Positions 45,495 to 56,367 of a stretch of 64,000 nt of DNA are shown one piece after another (within the stretch, counting starts at the first letter, position 1; each line of letters starts with the position of its first letter). This DNA is from Cladosporium halotolerans (lineage: Eukaryota): the NCBI RefSeq assembly GCF_011745625.1, contig NW_027191471.1, forward strand, positions 62,001-126,000, in the 5' to 3' direction. The translations under genes and the position numbers were made by a program. The notes beneath the pieces are model-generated. The model was not told where the DNA came from, ran no database searches, and saw only the letters and a list, made by a program, of their open reading frames with translations.

Positions 45495-47274
45495 ATGGGG
45501 TGGTCGGAGAATGTCATGGCGCAAGGTGTGCTGGGCTTCTTCCAAGCGTGCGTCTGGTTGGTGTGGAACGTCGGCCTGTACTGGCAACGGGTAAGCACGC
45601 GACATTGTGTCCAGTCCTCAAAGAATGTATTATTGATGTGTTGACATACCGTAGCGCCTCTGGCATTGGCTCACGGAAAAGAGCGATAAGCGGCTGCTGA
45701 TTGAAACACTCAATGCGTCACGACAGTTCGAAGAATGGCATGCCGCTGCCCTTGAGCTCGACCGTCTGCTCGGTAACGACGTGTGGCGGGCCTCTCAGGC
45801 AGACTACCCTAACAACTACTATAATTACGAGCTGATCGCCCAACGTACATATGTCTTGGAAGAAGCTATCGCAAATGGAGACATTATGCAGATCCACGAC
45901 CTCTTACGCTCTGGCCTTGAACGTAATCCTGGTGGCATTCTCAACCCTAAGCTATACAGCAAGGCAAATGCTGGAACCAAGATTTTAATCGAGGATTACT
46001 ACACGCTCGTGGTCGAAGCAATCCGAATCTTCACCATATGGCCTTCGAACCTCGTCGAACAGGGCGTGGTCGAACGTGGACCCACGCCACAGATGAAGAT
46101 GGATTTACTGCACGATGCACGAATGTCATACGGACGAACTGTGCTAGTCTTACAGGGTGGCTCTATCTTTGGTCTCTGTCACCTAGGTGTCGTGAAGGCA
46201 ATGTACGAGCGCGGACTGCTGCCGCGCATCATCGCTGGGACTGCCACTGGCGCGATTATGGCTGCATGGGTTGGCGTGCATACAGAGACAGAGCTTCTGG
46301 ACTGCCTCAAAGGGGAGCGCATCAACCTGGGCGCATTCGCAGCATCTTCCGAGCGCGCCGCCGCCAAATCGAACGTCTCGAGCGGCTGGATATGGCTGCA
46401 GACGTTCCACCGCCGAGTCCGTCGCTTCCTTCAGTCCGGCTTCATCCTCGACCCAGACGTGCTGGAAGAGACGGTCCGCGCCAATGTAGGCGAGATGACC
46501 TTCGGAGAAGCCTACAACCGCACCCAACGCATCCTCAACATCACCATCTCGCCATCCGGTCCGGGCGCCATCACCCTCCTCAACTACCTCACCGCCCCAC
46601 ACATCCTCATCTGGTCCGCAGCCCTCGTGTCCAACGCCGCGGACCGGTCCAAAACCCGCATCCGCCTCATGTGCAAAGACTCCGAAGGGCGCATCGTGCC
46701 CTACGAGAACTTCCCGGCGACCAAAAGACCCTACCGCAGCACGCCCGCGACGCCCAAAGAAAGCCCGCTCTCGCGGCTCGGCGAGCTCTTCAACGTCGAA
46801 CACTTCATCATCAGCCAGGCGCGGCCGTACATCGCGCCCTTCCTGTACCCGTCGCTGCGGCGCTCGCGCACGAGCGTCTTCGCCGTCTTTGCGCGCTTCA
46901 TGCTCTGGGAGTTTCAGCACCGGCTGCGCCAGCTCGACATCCTGGGCCTGCTGTCCCCGGGCATCAAGCGGCTGCTGCTCGATGAGATCGTGCCTGGGCC
47001 CGCTTTGACGCTCGTCCCGGAGATTCGACTGGCGGACTGGGCGCGCCTGCTGCGTAATCCGACGGGTGCTGAGGTTGACCACTGGATTGAGAGGGGCGAA
47101 CGGAGTGTATGGCCGAATGCGGCGCAGCTGGAGGTGAGGTTGTCGGTCGAGCAAGAGCTGGAGAAGAGTTATCAGTTGGTGCGGAGAGGGCCGGTGGACT
47201 CAGAAGAGAGGGCGAGGGGGAAAGGGCCGAAGCGGAGGAAGACTCGGGCGGCGAGCGCTGGGAAGTCTTTGTAA
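45495..47274 (+). CDS. Patatin-like triacylglycerol lipase homologue (Tgl3-like)
   Basis: Exon 1 MGWSEN..YWQR then GTAAGC intron; 'FEEW..AA.ELD', 'GTKILIEDY', 'GRTVLVLQGG', 'LLPRIIAG', 'LLNYLTAP', 'ELFNVEHFIISQARP'. Confidence 0.88.
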
Positions 47275-47417
47275 TATGGAATGGAATGAATCGAAACATT
47301 GGTTAGGCTCGTCAAGGAAACTTTCATACTCAAAAGCGTCAGGAACGCAATTTCGCTAATCAAAACAATTCAATTCTCCAATGGACAAAGTCAAGTCAAA
47401 TCCTTCCGTCATCCGTA

Positions 47418-50400
47418 TCAAAACACATCCATCTCGTCGCCTCCCACGAGCGGGAAACGACCCTGCAAGATATCGCTCCTGCGATCCAACTCGGCGGAGT
47501 AGTCCCTCCTGACTTCTTCCAGTGTGACCAGCTTCCTCTTCTGTCCAGCCTGGTGCACGCCCTCGATTGGCTCGGCTAGCAGCCAGCCTTCGCCCTCGCC
47601 ACAGCAGGCGAGTGTGTTGATGAGTAGCAAGTAAGCCTGCAGCGCCGTCTCGTCTTCTGGATCCTGGTACTTGCGCGCCTCACCGTAGCGTAGGCGCTCT
47701 AGATGCTCGTACAGGATCTCCGCCGCGCCACGGAAATCACCGCGCTGGGTGCGGAAAGCGTAGAGGAGCTGGTGGTGCGGTTTTGTGGCCGAGGATGTGG
47801 ATGCGAGAGACTTCTTGGCGAGTGCAAGGAGGACGGCGTCGGCGTCGGCAGCGTGCTCTTCGCTGAAAGGCAGCTCGAGCAGAGCGGGTACGGAGTCTTG
47901 TTTGATGCAAGTCTCGATGAGGAGTTTCAAATTCGCCTTCAGGAGGTCGCCGTTGCATTTACGAAGAGCGTCGTACGACTCGCGGAAGCGGCCAGTCTTG
48001 ACGAGAGCGCTGAAGAGTTGGCTGGCGATGTCGCTGCGCATATCTCTGATCTTGATCAGGCGAATCTCGTCCATTGTGTTGTTGATTTGGTCCATAGCGG
48101 GGCTGTCTGTCTTGCTCTTCTTGCCATCGATTCTGGCAAGATCGGCATCTAAGCTCGCTGCGCCATGAACGTGCTTCATTGCCTCCGCTGCGAAGTCAGC
48201 CACGTAGGAGAAGACAGCAGGCCTCTGGAAAATGGCGGTGACGTGTTGGTAGTACTTGGATAATCCAGCGCGGAAGTAAGTCTGCTCATCCGCACTCAGC
48301 AGCCCTGCTGTGTCTGGAAGGCCCTTCGGCAGCTTCTCAGGCTTAGCCAACCCTTCCGCGGCCTCCTGGAACCCAGCCGCTGCAGTGTCGTAGTCACCCA
48401 TGGCCACATCAAGGCGTGCTTGCATGTACGTGGACCAAGGAGTCGTGGGCATGAACTTAACAAAGTCCGCGGCCAGGTCGTACAACTCACTTTGGAGTAG
48501 CATTGAGAACACGTGGCAGCTTGCGCCGCTCAGGTCTTTGTGCAGATCGACCGCATATGCCCAACGCTTGCTCCATCTTGTAAGGAGGACAGGCATCTCT
48601 GATTCGTCCTCGGCGCCCGCATTTCGCTTCCAGTCGCCGGCGAAGAAACTCTCGAGCAGAGTCGTTTCAACAGGCTCCGCACCTTCATCTTGCGGAGGTT
48701 CCATCCTCGTGTGATTTGCCAGCCACAGCCGGAAAGCAGTCTGTCTGAGAAGCTTGATGATCTCAGCGTACAGCTTCCTCGGTGCAAAGTCAGGATGCAA
48801 CTCGCTAGGCTCCAAGTCGCCAGCCATGAAGGAAATGAGGGCAAGGAGATCCAGCAAGATGATCTCATTCTGTCGTAGGCTTTGTTGCGCGACAGCCACA
48901 TTGAACCTGTCCCCGTACAGACAAGACTCGAGGTTGTTCTTGCGGCCTAAGCCGGGCTTCGTGTCGTCCAAGCGCTTGAGTACTTGCTGAAACACCTGCC
49001 GATCGATGCTGCCCAAACCTTCGAGTTCCGTCACGTTCACCTCGAGGGAGCTGAACACTTCCTCTGTGACCTCAGCACCAAGATCCGATTTCTCGTACAG
49101 ACCTTGAAGTCCCGAAGCATCTTCTTCATCGACAACCAAGGCATCCTGGTAGGCCAAACGCTTGAATACGTCTTGAGCTTCTGCAGAAAGAGACTTTCGG
49201 AAGTCGTGCGCGGCAGCTATCAGCACCGTCACAGCAAAGGCCTTGGTGTCCTTGGGGTTGTAGATTGTTTGCGCGATCTCAGGGGCAATCTCCTGGAGTC
49301 GGTCACCTTCCAACAGGTCCGTGTTCATCGACATGAGCTCTAGGTCATCGTTCGCTCGAACGGGGGCTACAGCGTCTGTACAAACAGACCAGGGCAAGGC
49401 AAGCTCGTGGTCATAAGACAAACTGACAGATTCCGTCCTCCGCTTGTGCAGATCCTCCAGGATAGAATAAAACCCCGTCCATTGTGCGTAGACGTCAGCC
49501 TGGTACTGATCGTAATTGGGCTGGTCGTCCGGAGAGCGGGCAAATGTGATATTCTTGGTCACTGATGCGACCAAGCGCTCCTGAAGCGGAGCTCTGAATG
49601 CATTCAGTGACTTGTCTCCACGGCTGACGAGGTTGCGTCGCTTGCGGTAAGTGTGGAGTGCAGTCTCGATGCTGGCGGCCGAGAACCGTCCAGGGGAGAA
49701 CAGGAAAGATGTCCACCTCTCAGTAGGAGTGGCCAGAGTCTCTGCGCCAAGTCCGAGCGGTGCAGGAAAGTCATCAGCTTCTCGAAGACGTTCGCAAGTC
49801 AGAGAGCCAGTGTGCACAACGGTCCAGCCGTTGCGGAATGATTTAGTCAACTCCTCGTAGTCTTCTTCGAGAAGATCGAAAGTGACAGTGAAAGTCTTGC
49901 ACAGAGCGCCACTTCGTGCCCTGATCCAGAGTTGTGTATCTCTGGTATCTGGAGAAGTTTGCACATGGAACTCCTCCAGATGCCAGATATTGGTGTTGAG
50001 CATCTCCTCGACCGGCGGGACGAGCCTAGCTCTCGGTTGTAAATCTTCACACTTCAAGTGCTCCTCGCCATTCGCAGTCTGACTAGATGAGACTTCGTAG
50101 ATCTTGAATTGGTGATCTTTAGGCGAATGCACCCAAACAGTGTACCGTCCGTCCTCATCCATGCGCGCAACAGCGCCGTCTCCAGGCTGTTCCGGCGATC
50201 TGACAATCCGAAGGATCTTCGCCTGCTCGGCCGTCATGACGAATCGTGGTTGCCGTTTCACTCCGTCGCGATCGGGCTTCTCGTTCAACAAATCCATTTG
50301 CAGAACCACCTTTCCCGTGGTGGTGCTCCATGCTTTGAGATAATGGTCCAGCGTTATCGTCCACACGTACTTGCCGTCCGGGCTCTTGCTCAGATCTGTC

Positions 50401-51185
50401 GCAGAATTTGTCTCAATATCTCGGTCGCCATACCGTACTGCTTGTCGCCTTTTTAACGGGTTCAGGCCCTTCAGTGTTCCAGTCCAGCCACCCTCGCTGT
50501 ATAAGGTCTCCCTCCATTGTGTCGCGCTGTCATTCGGTTGTCTTTCCAAGCGCAGCAAGCAGCCATCGTGCAACGAAATGAGGATTTCCAGGCTGCTCGA
50601 GGCAGTCAAACGGAACGGGTAGCGGAACCCAAGCGAGCTAGGAGTGTACTTCTTTACCACCGTTGCAGGGTCAAACTCTTTTGGCGGCACATCCCTCGTC
50701 AACAGATCTCGCTTCAGCGTGACCGTAAACAAATCATTCGCAGTCGTCAAAACAAAGACCTCTAGCGCATCCGTCTCCTCGGGGTCCGCAAAAGCCACGC
50801 CTCCCCGTACAATGTCCGCAGGCACCTGTATGCGGAAGGTCAAGGACCCCTGCTTCTGCGAGCTGCTCCTCTCATGCACCAAATCCACACATTGCAGTTC
50901 TAGCAGCCGTCGGTCGTCCAGTACGCGCCAGAGAAAGCTGCGCGGAAACCGGGTCTTGCTGCGGAAGAACACAGACGCTTCTGAAGCGAGATGCTTGCGC
51001 GCGTATGATTCCTCATTTAGTTCGCTGATCTCATCGTGTCCACGTTTGCGCCCGGCGCCGAGGAGTGTGAGCGCCTGCGAATTGTTGCCGGTCGTGTCGA
51101 TGGTCAGAATTGAGGAGGGTGATGCCGGCGTTGGCGACAATTGGACCTCCTGGTATAGTGTGGGTATTGTTGCCGGCCTCGCCAT
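47418..51185 (-). CDS. NUP120: Nucleoporin Nup120/Nup160
   Basis: 1255-aa ORF; 'PRSFLWRVL', 'DHYLKAWS', beta-propeller-like then helical region, 'LYAFR..RGDFRGAAE', 'INTL.C'. Confidence 0.85.
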   Translation of the reverse strand: MARPATIPTLYQEVQLSPTPASPSSILTIDTTGNNSQALTLLGAGRKRGHDEISELNEESYARKHLASEASVFFRSKTRFPRSFLWRVLDDRRLLELQCVDLVHERSSSQKQGSLTFRIQVPADIVRGGVAFADPEETDALEVFVLTTANDLFTVTLKRDLLTRDVPPKEFDPATVVKKYTPSSLGFRYPFRLTASSSLEILISLHDGCLLRLERQPNDSATQWRETLYSEGGWTGTLKGLNPLKRRQAVRYGDRDIETNSATDLSKSPDGKYVWTITLDHYLKAWSTTTGKVVLQMDLLNEKPDRDGVKRQPRFVMTAEQAKILRIVRSPEQPGDGAVARMDEDGRYTVWVHSPKDHQFKIYEVSSSQTANGEEHLKCEDLQPRARLVPPVEEMLNTNIWHLEEFHVQTSPDTRDTQLWIRARSGALCKTFTVTFDLLEEDYEELTKSFRNGWTVVHTGSLTCERLREADDFPAPLGLGAETLATPTERWTSFLFSPGRFSAASIETALHTYRKRRNLVSRGDKSLNAFRAPLQERLVASVTKNITFARSPDDQPNYDQYQADVYAQWTGFYSILEDLHKRRTESVSLSYDHELALPWSVCTDAVAPVRANDDLELMSMNTDLLEGDRLQEIAPEIAQTIYNPKDTKAFAVTVLIAAAHDFRKSLSAEAQDVFKRLAYQDALVVDEEDASGLQGLYEKSDLGAEVTEEVFSSLEVNVTELEGLGSIDRQVFQQVLKRLDDTKPGLGRKNNLESCLYGDRFNVAVAQQSLRQNEIILLDLLALISFMAGDLEPSELHPDFAPRKLYAEIIKLLRQTAFRLWLANHTRMEPPQDEGAEPVETTLLESFFAGDWKRNAGAEDESEMPVLLTRWSKRWAYAVDLHKDLSGASCHVFSMLLQSELYDLAADFVKFMPTTPWSTYMQARLDVAMGDYDTAAAGFQEAAEGLAKPEKLPKGLPDTAGLLSADEQTYFRAGLSKYYQHVTAIFQRPAVFSYVADFAAEAMKHVHGAASLDADLARIDGKKSKTDSPAMDQINNTMDEIRLIKIRDMRSDIASQLFSALVKTGRFRESYDALRKCNGDLLKANLKLLIETCIKQDSVPALLELPFSEEHAADADAVLLALAKKSLASTSSATKPHHQLLYAFRTQRGDFRGAAEILYEHLERLRYGEARKYQDPEDETALQAYLLLINTLACCGEGEGWLLAEPIEGVHQAGQKRKLVTLEEVRRDYSAELDRRSDILQGRFPLVGGDEMDVF

Positions 51186-51273
51186 TATTGCAGAAGGCAG
51201 CTAAGGAAAGAGCGTAAGGCCGTTGACGCAAATGGTTGATGGGTTGCGCAAAAGATTGGACGTTGCCAGAGGT

Positions 51274-51288
51274 TCGCGTTTCCCGCGT
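51274..51288. promoter_or_regulatory. Tandem MCB-like CGCG elements upstream of NUP120
   Basis: TCGCGTTTCCCGCGT about 90-100 nt upstream of the ATG. Confidence 0.3.
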
Positions 51289-51721
51289 TTTGAGATTGAG
51301 CTTGGGCCAATCATCGCTTCACATGGTCGCGCGCGCATTGTAGCTGTGCTACATCCAAATTCACTACACTACCAGAACGAGTTTGTGACATTATCTTGTT
51401 ATGATGACATGACCGTCATATACATCCATACTTTCAAATCACAGCTGGATGGGCCTTCTTGTGGCGGGTGTCTCCCTGCACTGGAACGACAGAAGTGCAT
51501 GGAATCTAGCGGTTTGCGGAATATTTGAATCGGGTATCAAAAAGGTAGCTACAAAAGCGAAGCACACGAGCAAATGCGTCTCTATTACCACCATGCGCCT
51601 CCCAACCAGCTCATCACTTCATTCGCCTTTTCATGCATCGTGGAACCATGCCTGCATCCCAGAAGAAACTGCAATAATCACTTGTCTCGTTCGCAAACGG
51701 GTGACAGACTGTCGGCCATGC

Positions 51722-52926
51722 TCAATCCTTTTCCAGATCCTTTGGTGAGGGATCGCCGATACCATCCTCGTTGATGGCGAACATGCAATCGCTTTCAGGT
51801 AAACAAGGAGAGTCGTAAATCTTGCAGATTCGAGTCTCGCCTCGACCCTTCTTCAGCGAGAGTCTTGTCGTCGATGCGTGAGCAATGATGTTTCCGCCAA
51901 TGGGCTTCTTGGGATCAGGGTTGAACATTGCGCTGGGTCCGCCATCGACTTGTGCGACGACCTGGTTTGTGATCACGACAGCAATGCCAAACTCGTCGGC
52001 GAGTCTTTGAAGCGTGCGCATAAACTTGGCCAAGTGCGTTTGTCGGCTGCTCAACTCGCCACGGCCCATGAAATCCGTTCGATACAGCGAAGTAGCACTG
52101 TCGACGACAAGAAGAGAAAATCGGGTTTCGGTCATCATCTGAGCAGCCTGGTTGAGCAATTGGAGTTGGTGGTCGGAGTTGTATGCTCTGGCGTATGCAA
52201 CGTTGTCTAGGACTTCTTCACCAGACAAGCCGTATCGATTCGCAACGGAAAGAAGACGCACAGGTCGGAAGGTCCCCTCAGTGTCGATGTACAGGCACTT
52301 TCCCTCTCCGCCACCCATGTCGAAGGGTAATTGGCATGTCACTGCAAGGGTATGACATATTTGACTCTTGCCTGTCCTGAACTCTCCGAACACTTCGGTG
52401 ATGCTGCCGGTTTCGATGCCACCCGCAAGCAGAGTGTCAAGTTGCTTTGATCCAGTTGTAATCGAGATTAGCTCCGATCGTCGAGCATGCATTTCGGTGG
52501 CTGTGGTGAATCCCATGGGAACGAGTTTGGACGCTGAATGCGTCAGTCAGGGTACTTAAATTTGAGGCTTTGAAACCTACCTTCTACAAGGATTTTGGTA
52601 GCTTTCTGTTCCGAGACTCCCTTGATGGTCTCAAGTATCTTCTTTGGCCTGCGAAGAGTCAGCCTCAAGCGTCTGCAATCCACACCACTTTCATTGCTTA
52701 CGTATACGCCACGCTCTCGACGGTGTTGTAGCCTGCATCGACAAATAGCTGGATGTCGCGCTTTGAGAGACCAGCGACGCCCTGGGAAGGCCTTAGCGAA
52801 ATGCTTGCACGATCAGACAATGAATTGGCATACCTCAAGGGCAGACAGTGGCGTTGGGGCACCTGGTCCGCCAGCGAGGCCATCCTCATAACCAGACTGC
52901 GACTGCTGATCTTCTTCGGCACTCAT
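51722..52926 (-). CDS. RAD51: DNA repair recombinase Rad51
   Basis: GEFRTGKSQ Walker A, '[10 protein letters not shown]', 'YARAYN', 'GELSSRQ', '[13 protein letters not shown]'; three 5' introns. Confidence 0.97.
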
Positions 52927-53031
52927 GTTGGACTCGATGATGTCGTCTGCGATATTTTGCGTGTATCACAAAAACATTCGCGAGCGATGTAAGAAGACGA
53001 GTCGCGGCAAGAAAGATAAACCGCGGCTGCG

Positions 53032-53037
53032 ACGCGT
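53032..53037. promoter_or_regulatory. MluI cell-cycle box (ACGCGT) upstream of RAD51
   Basis: Perfect ACGCGT about 105 nt upstream of the ATG, among several CGCG cores. Confidence 0.5.
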
Positions 53038-53583
53038 TGGTGGCGAACGCGGCAAGGCAGAAGCTGCGCGTACTCACGTGATGCTCAAATCCCGCTCAGC
53101 AGTATGCCGGAAGCCAGCCTCAGGCATTCCCGGAGCTCGCTGTGCAGCCGACGCTCACGCGGGACACTCCTACGAACCAAATGTATAAAGAATAAATCTG
53201 CACGGCTCTGCATCCACACCAAACCGTTGGGAGCCAGTTCTATCGTGCACTGCATTATCCTGTCAATGCGTAAACGACGGAGAAAATCTCGCAAGAATGC
53301 TCGCAAGAATCGCAGAAGCGCGTACCTCGGGGAAACCGCAGATTGACTTTGGATGTGGATCCGAGTGCAGCATGACGCTGTAGACGTGGAGAGGGCAGTC
53401 GATTCGGCGGTGGAGTGCATTGCTTGCGACCACCTTGCTCCTTCCTGGCCATATATCTCCACTGGCCTTTCTGTTTGTCATTGCCATTGCTTTATTTTAA
53501 AGAACGTATCGCCTATCCGTCTACTCTTCAACCTCTACAACTTCGTCTCATTGTACGGTTACTAGACATACCTCCAGGATAGT

Positions 53584-55788
53584 ATGGGAGAGATCGTCGA
53601 AATGGGCTCCGCTAAGCATCGTTGGTGGAAAGAGGCCGTCGTCTACCAGGTACCATTGCCGATAAAGCAATCGTCACTCGAATCGAGCCTAATGTCTCCC
53701 TTAGGTCTATCCGGCATCATTTCAGTCCACCGGTTCAGGTAGCCTTCCGGGATGGGGCGATATCAAGGGTGTCATCTCAAAGCTCGATTACTTCAAACAC
53801 CTCGGTGGTAAGAAGAATCATTGAATTCGCTCGATGGATCTCTCTAATCGTTGGTAGTCGACGTGGTCTGGCTCTCGCCAATCTACAAGTCGCCTCAAGT
53901 CGACATGGGCTATGACATTGTGCGTTCTCCGTGCTCGTCACATTGCATAAGAAGCTAACAACGGTTACAGGCTGACTACAAAGACATTGACCCCAGATAT
54001 GGCACTTTGGGTGACGTCGACGAGCTCATTGCTGGCTTGAAGAAGCGTGACATGAAGCTGATGGTGAGCTTCCCTTGCTCGACTCTCCGCCAATACTAGT
54101 GTGACGTCGACTCAAGCTGCCTATACTGACCGCTACAGATGGATCTCGTCGTCAACCACACTTCAGACCAGCACGATTGGTTCATTCAGTCTCGTTCTTC
54201 CAAAGACAACCCCAAGCGCAGCTGGTACCACTGGCAGCCACCCAAGTACGACGAGCACGGCAACCGCCAGCCTCCCAACAACTGGGCGATGATCCTTGGC
54301 GAAGCCCACAGCGCCTGGACCTGGGATGAGAAGACTCAGGAGTACTACCTCGCCCTCTTCACTCCGGAGCAACCCGACCTGAACTGGGAGAACCCTGAAG
54401 TTCGCGCCGCCGTGCACGACGTTCTGCACTTTTGGCTGAAGCGTGGTGCTAGCGGCTTCCGCATGGATGTCATCAACCACATTTCCAAGACGCCCGGGTA
54501 CCCGGATGCCCCCATCTCCTCGCCCGGCAGCAAATACCAGCCGGGTCACAAGTACTACGCCAACGGCCCGCGTCTGCACGAGTGGCTGCAGGCGATGAAC
54601 CGCGAAGTGCTCAGCCAATACGACACCATCACGGTCGGCGAGATGCCTTACGTGCGCAGCGAGGAAGAGATCTTGAAGGTCGTCGGTGCTAAGCGGGGCG
54701 AGCTCAACATGATTTTCATCTTTGAGATGGTCGACATCGACAACGACGAGAGCGGGTTCCGTCTGACGCTGAGGAACTGGAACAGCAACGAGATCAAGAA
54801 GATCTACAACAAGTGGCAAAGCTTGATGATCGATCGCGACGGCTGGAACAGCTTGTTCATCGAGAACCACGGTATGTTCTTTTCGCCGCATTGTTCCAAG
54901 GCTTCAAATCTGACAACCGACCAACAGATAACCCTCGCTCCGTCTCTCGCTACTGCAGCGACAAAGATGAATACCGCGAGCTCAGCGCCAAGCTCCTGTG
55001 CCTCATGCAAACCACCCTCTCCGGCACCATCTACGTCTATCAGGGCGAAGAGCTCGGCCAGCGCAACATGCCGCCTGACTGGGACCCGTCCGAGTACAAA
55101 GACGTGGAGACCATCAATTACTGGAACAAGGTCCGCAAAGCCCCCAAACCCCAACGATCCCTCAGACCCTCATATCCTAACCCACCAACAGATGAAATCC
55201 CTCTACCCGCACGACGAAGAAAAGCTCGCCTTCGCCAAACACGTCATGCAGCGCAAAGCGCGCGACCACGCCCGCACGCCCGTGCAGTGGACGTCCGAAG
55301 CGCCCAACGCGGGCTTCTGCGACGCGTCGACGACGCCCTGGATGCGTGTTAACGATGACTACAAGACTGTCAACGCGGCGGCGCAGCGCGCGCACTCGGA
55401 CAAGGACTCGCTGTCCGTGCTGCAGTTCTGGAAGCGCGGGCTGGAGCAGCGCAAGCAGCACAAGGACGCGCTGGTGTACGGCGACTTCGAGCTGCTGGAC
55501 CCGGAGGACGGGCACGACCAGATCTTCGCGTACGCACGCAGGGGCGAGGGTGAGGCGTTCGTGACGGTGCTCAACTTCTCGGACCGGGAAGCTGAGTGGG
55601 AGCTGCCGGACCACGCGGGCGTGGGGAAGTGGGTTGCGGGCAACTATACCGCTGGCGCGCCCGAGAAGGCTACGAAGGGCAAGATTGTGCTGAAGCCTTG
55701 GGAGGGCCTGCTTGGTAAGTGTTTGAACTTGAGCAAGTGATGAGTTTGGTGACGCTGACTGATGGCATTAGGCACCGCGAACGTTTGA
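53584..55788 (+). CDS. GH13 alpha-glucosidase/maltase (oligo-1,6-glucosidase type)
   Basis: 'WWKEAVVYQ', 'DMGYD', 'MDLVVNHTS', 'QPDLNWEN', 'GFRMDVIN', 'TVGE', 'ENH|D', 'YQGEELG'; about 8 introns, the last giving C-terminus GLLGTANV. Confidence 0.92.
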
Positions 55789-56367
55789 GAGATCGCATGC
55801 ATGGGGCGACATACAAGCAGCTTCCAGTCCTTCGAAGAGCGAGGGCCTCGACGAACGACGACGCATGAAAGAATGACCAAAAAGAAGCATAAATTGAGAA
55901 CATGAGATAGACACAGCCTTGGAATACTAAAGCATTTCGGTGTTGATACATCGTTCGGCTGCACGCTGTAACATGCGTGCTTCGAACCTGTCCAGAGCTG
56001 CTCGCCTTTTACACTTCGCGGCTTCCAAGCAAGATGCACGTTCCCAAATAAAGCTACTTGAGCCATGAAGCGTCAAGCAAAAACACAACAAAATCAGCAG
56101 ACAAAAGGCAGAACTCCAGACCGTTGTTCGCGATGCCGCCAAATCGAAAACTCAAAAACAGAAAACATTGGTTTCCACATGCCTGGGTTTGTTTGCCCAA
56201 CTAAATGCTTGCGCTTGTCTTCCCTTCAAGCTAGCACGCACACGCGCATAATACTCCGCTCGCCATGCAGAAAATGTCATCATCGTCTTGTATAGTTTGC
56301 TTATTTGCTTTTGTGCAAGAAGGCGTGTTCAGATTATTTCAGGTCGTCGTCGAAAAGCGTGCGAAGC

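Noticed and set aside
54139..55740. 533-aa ORF suggesting a GH13 with a novel middle segment
   Set aside because: Artefact: introns 54872-54927 (56 nt) and 55131-55191 (61 nt) sum to a multiple of 3; the true exon between them is in another frame
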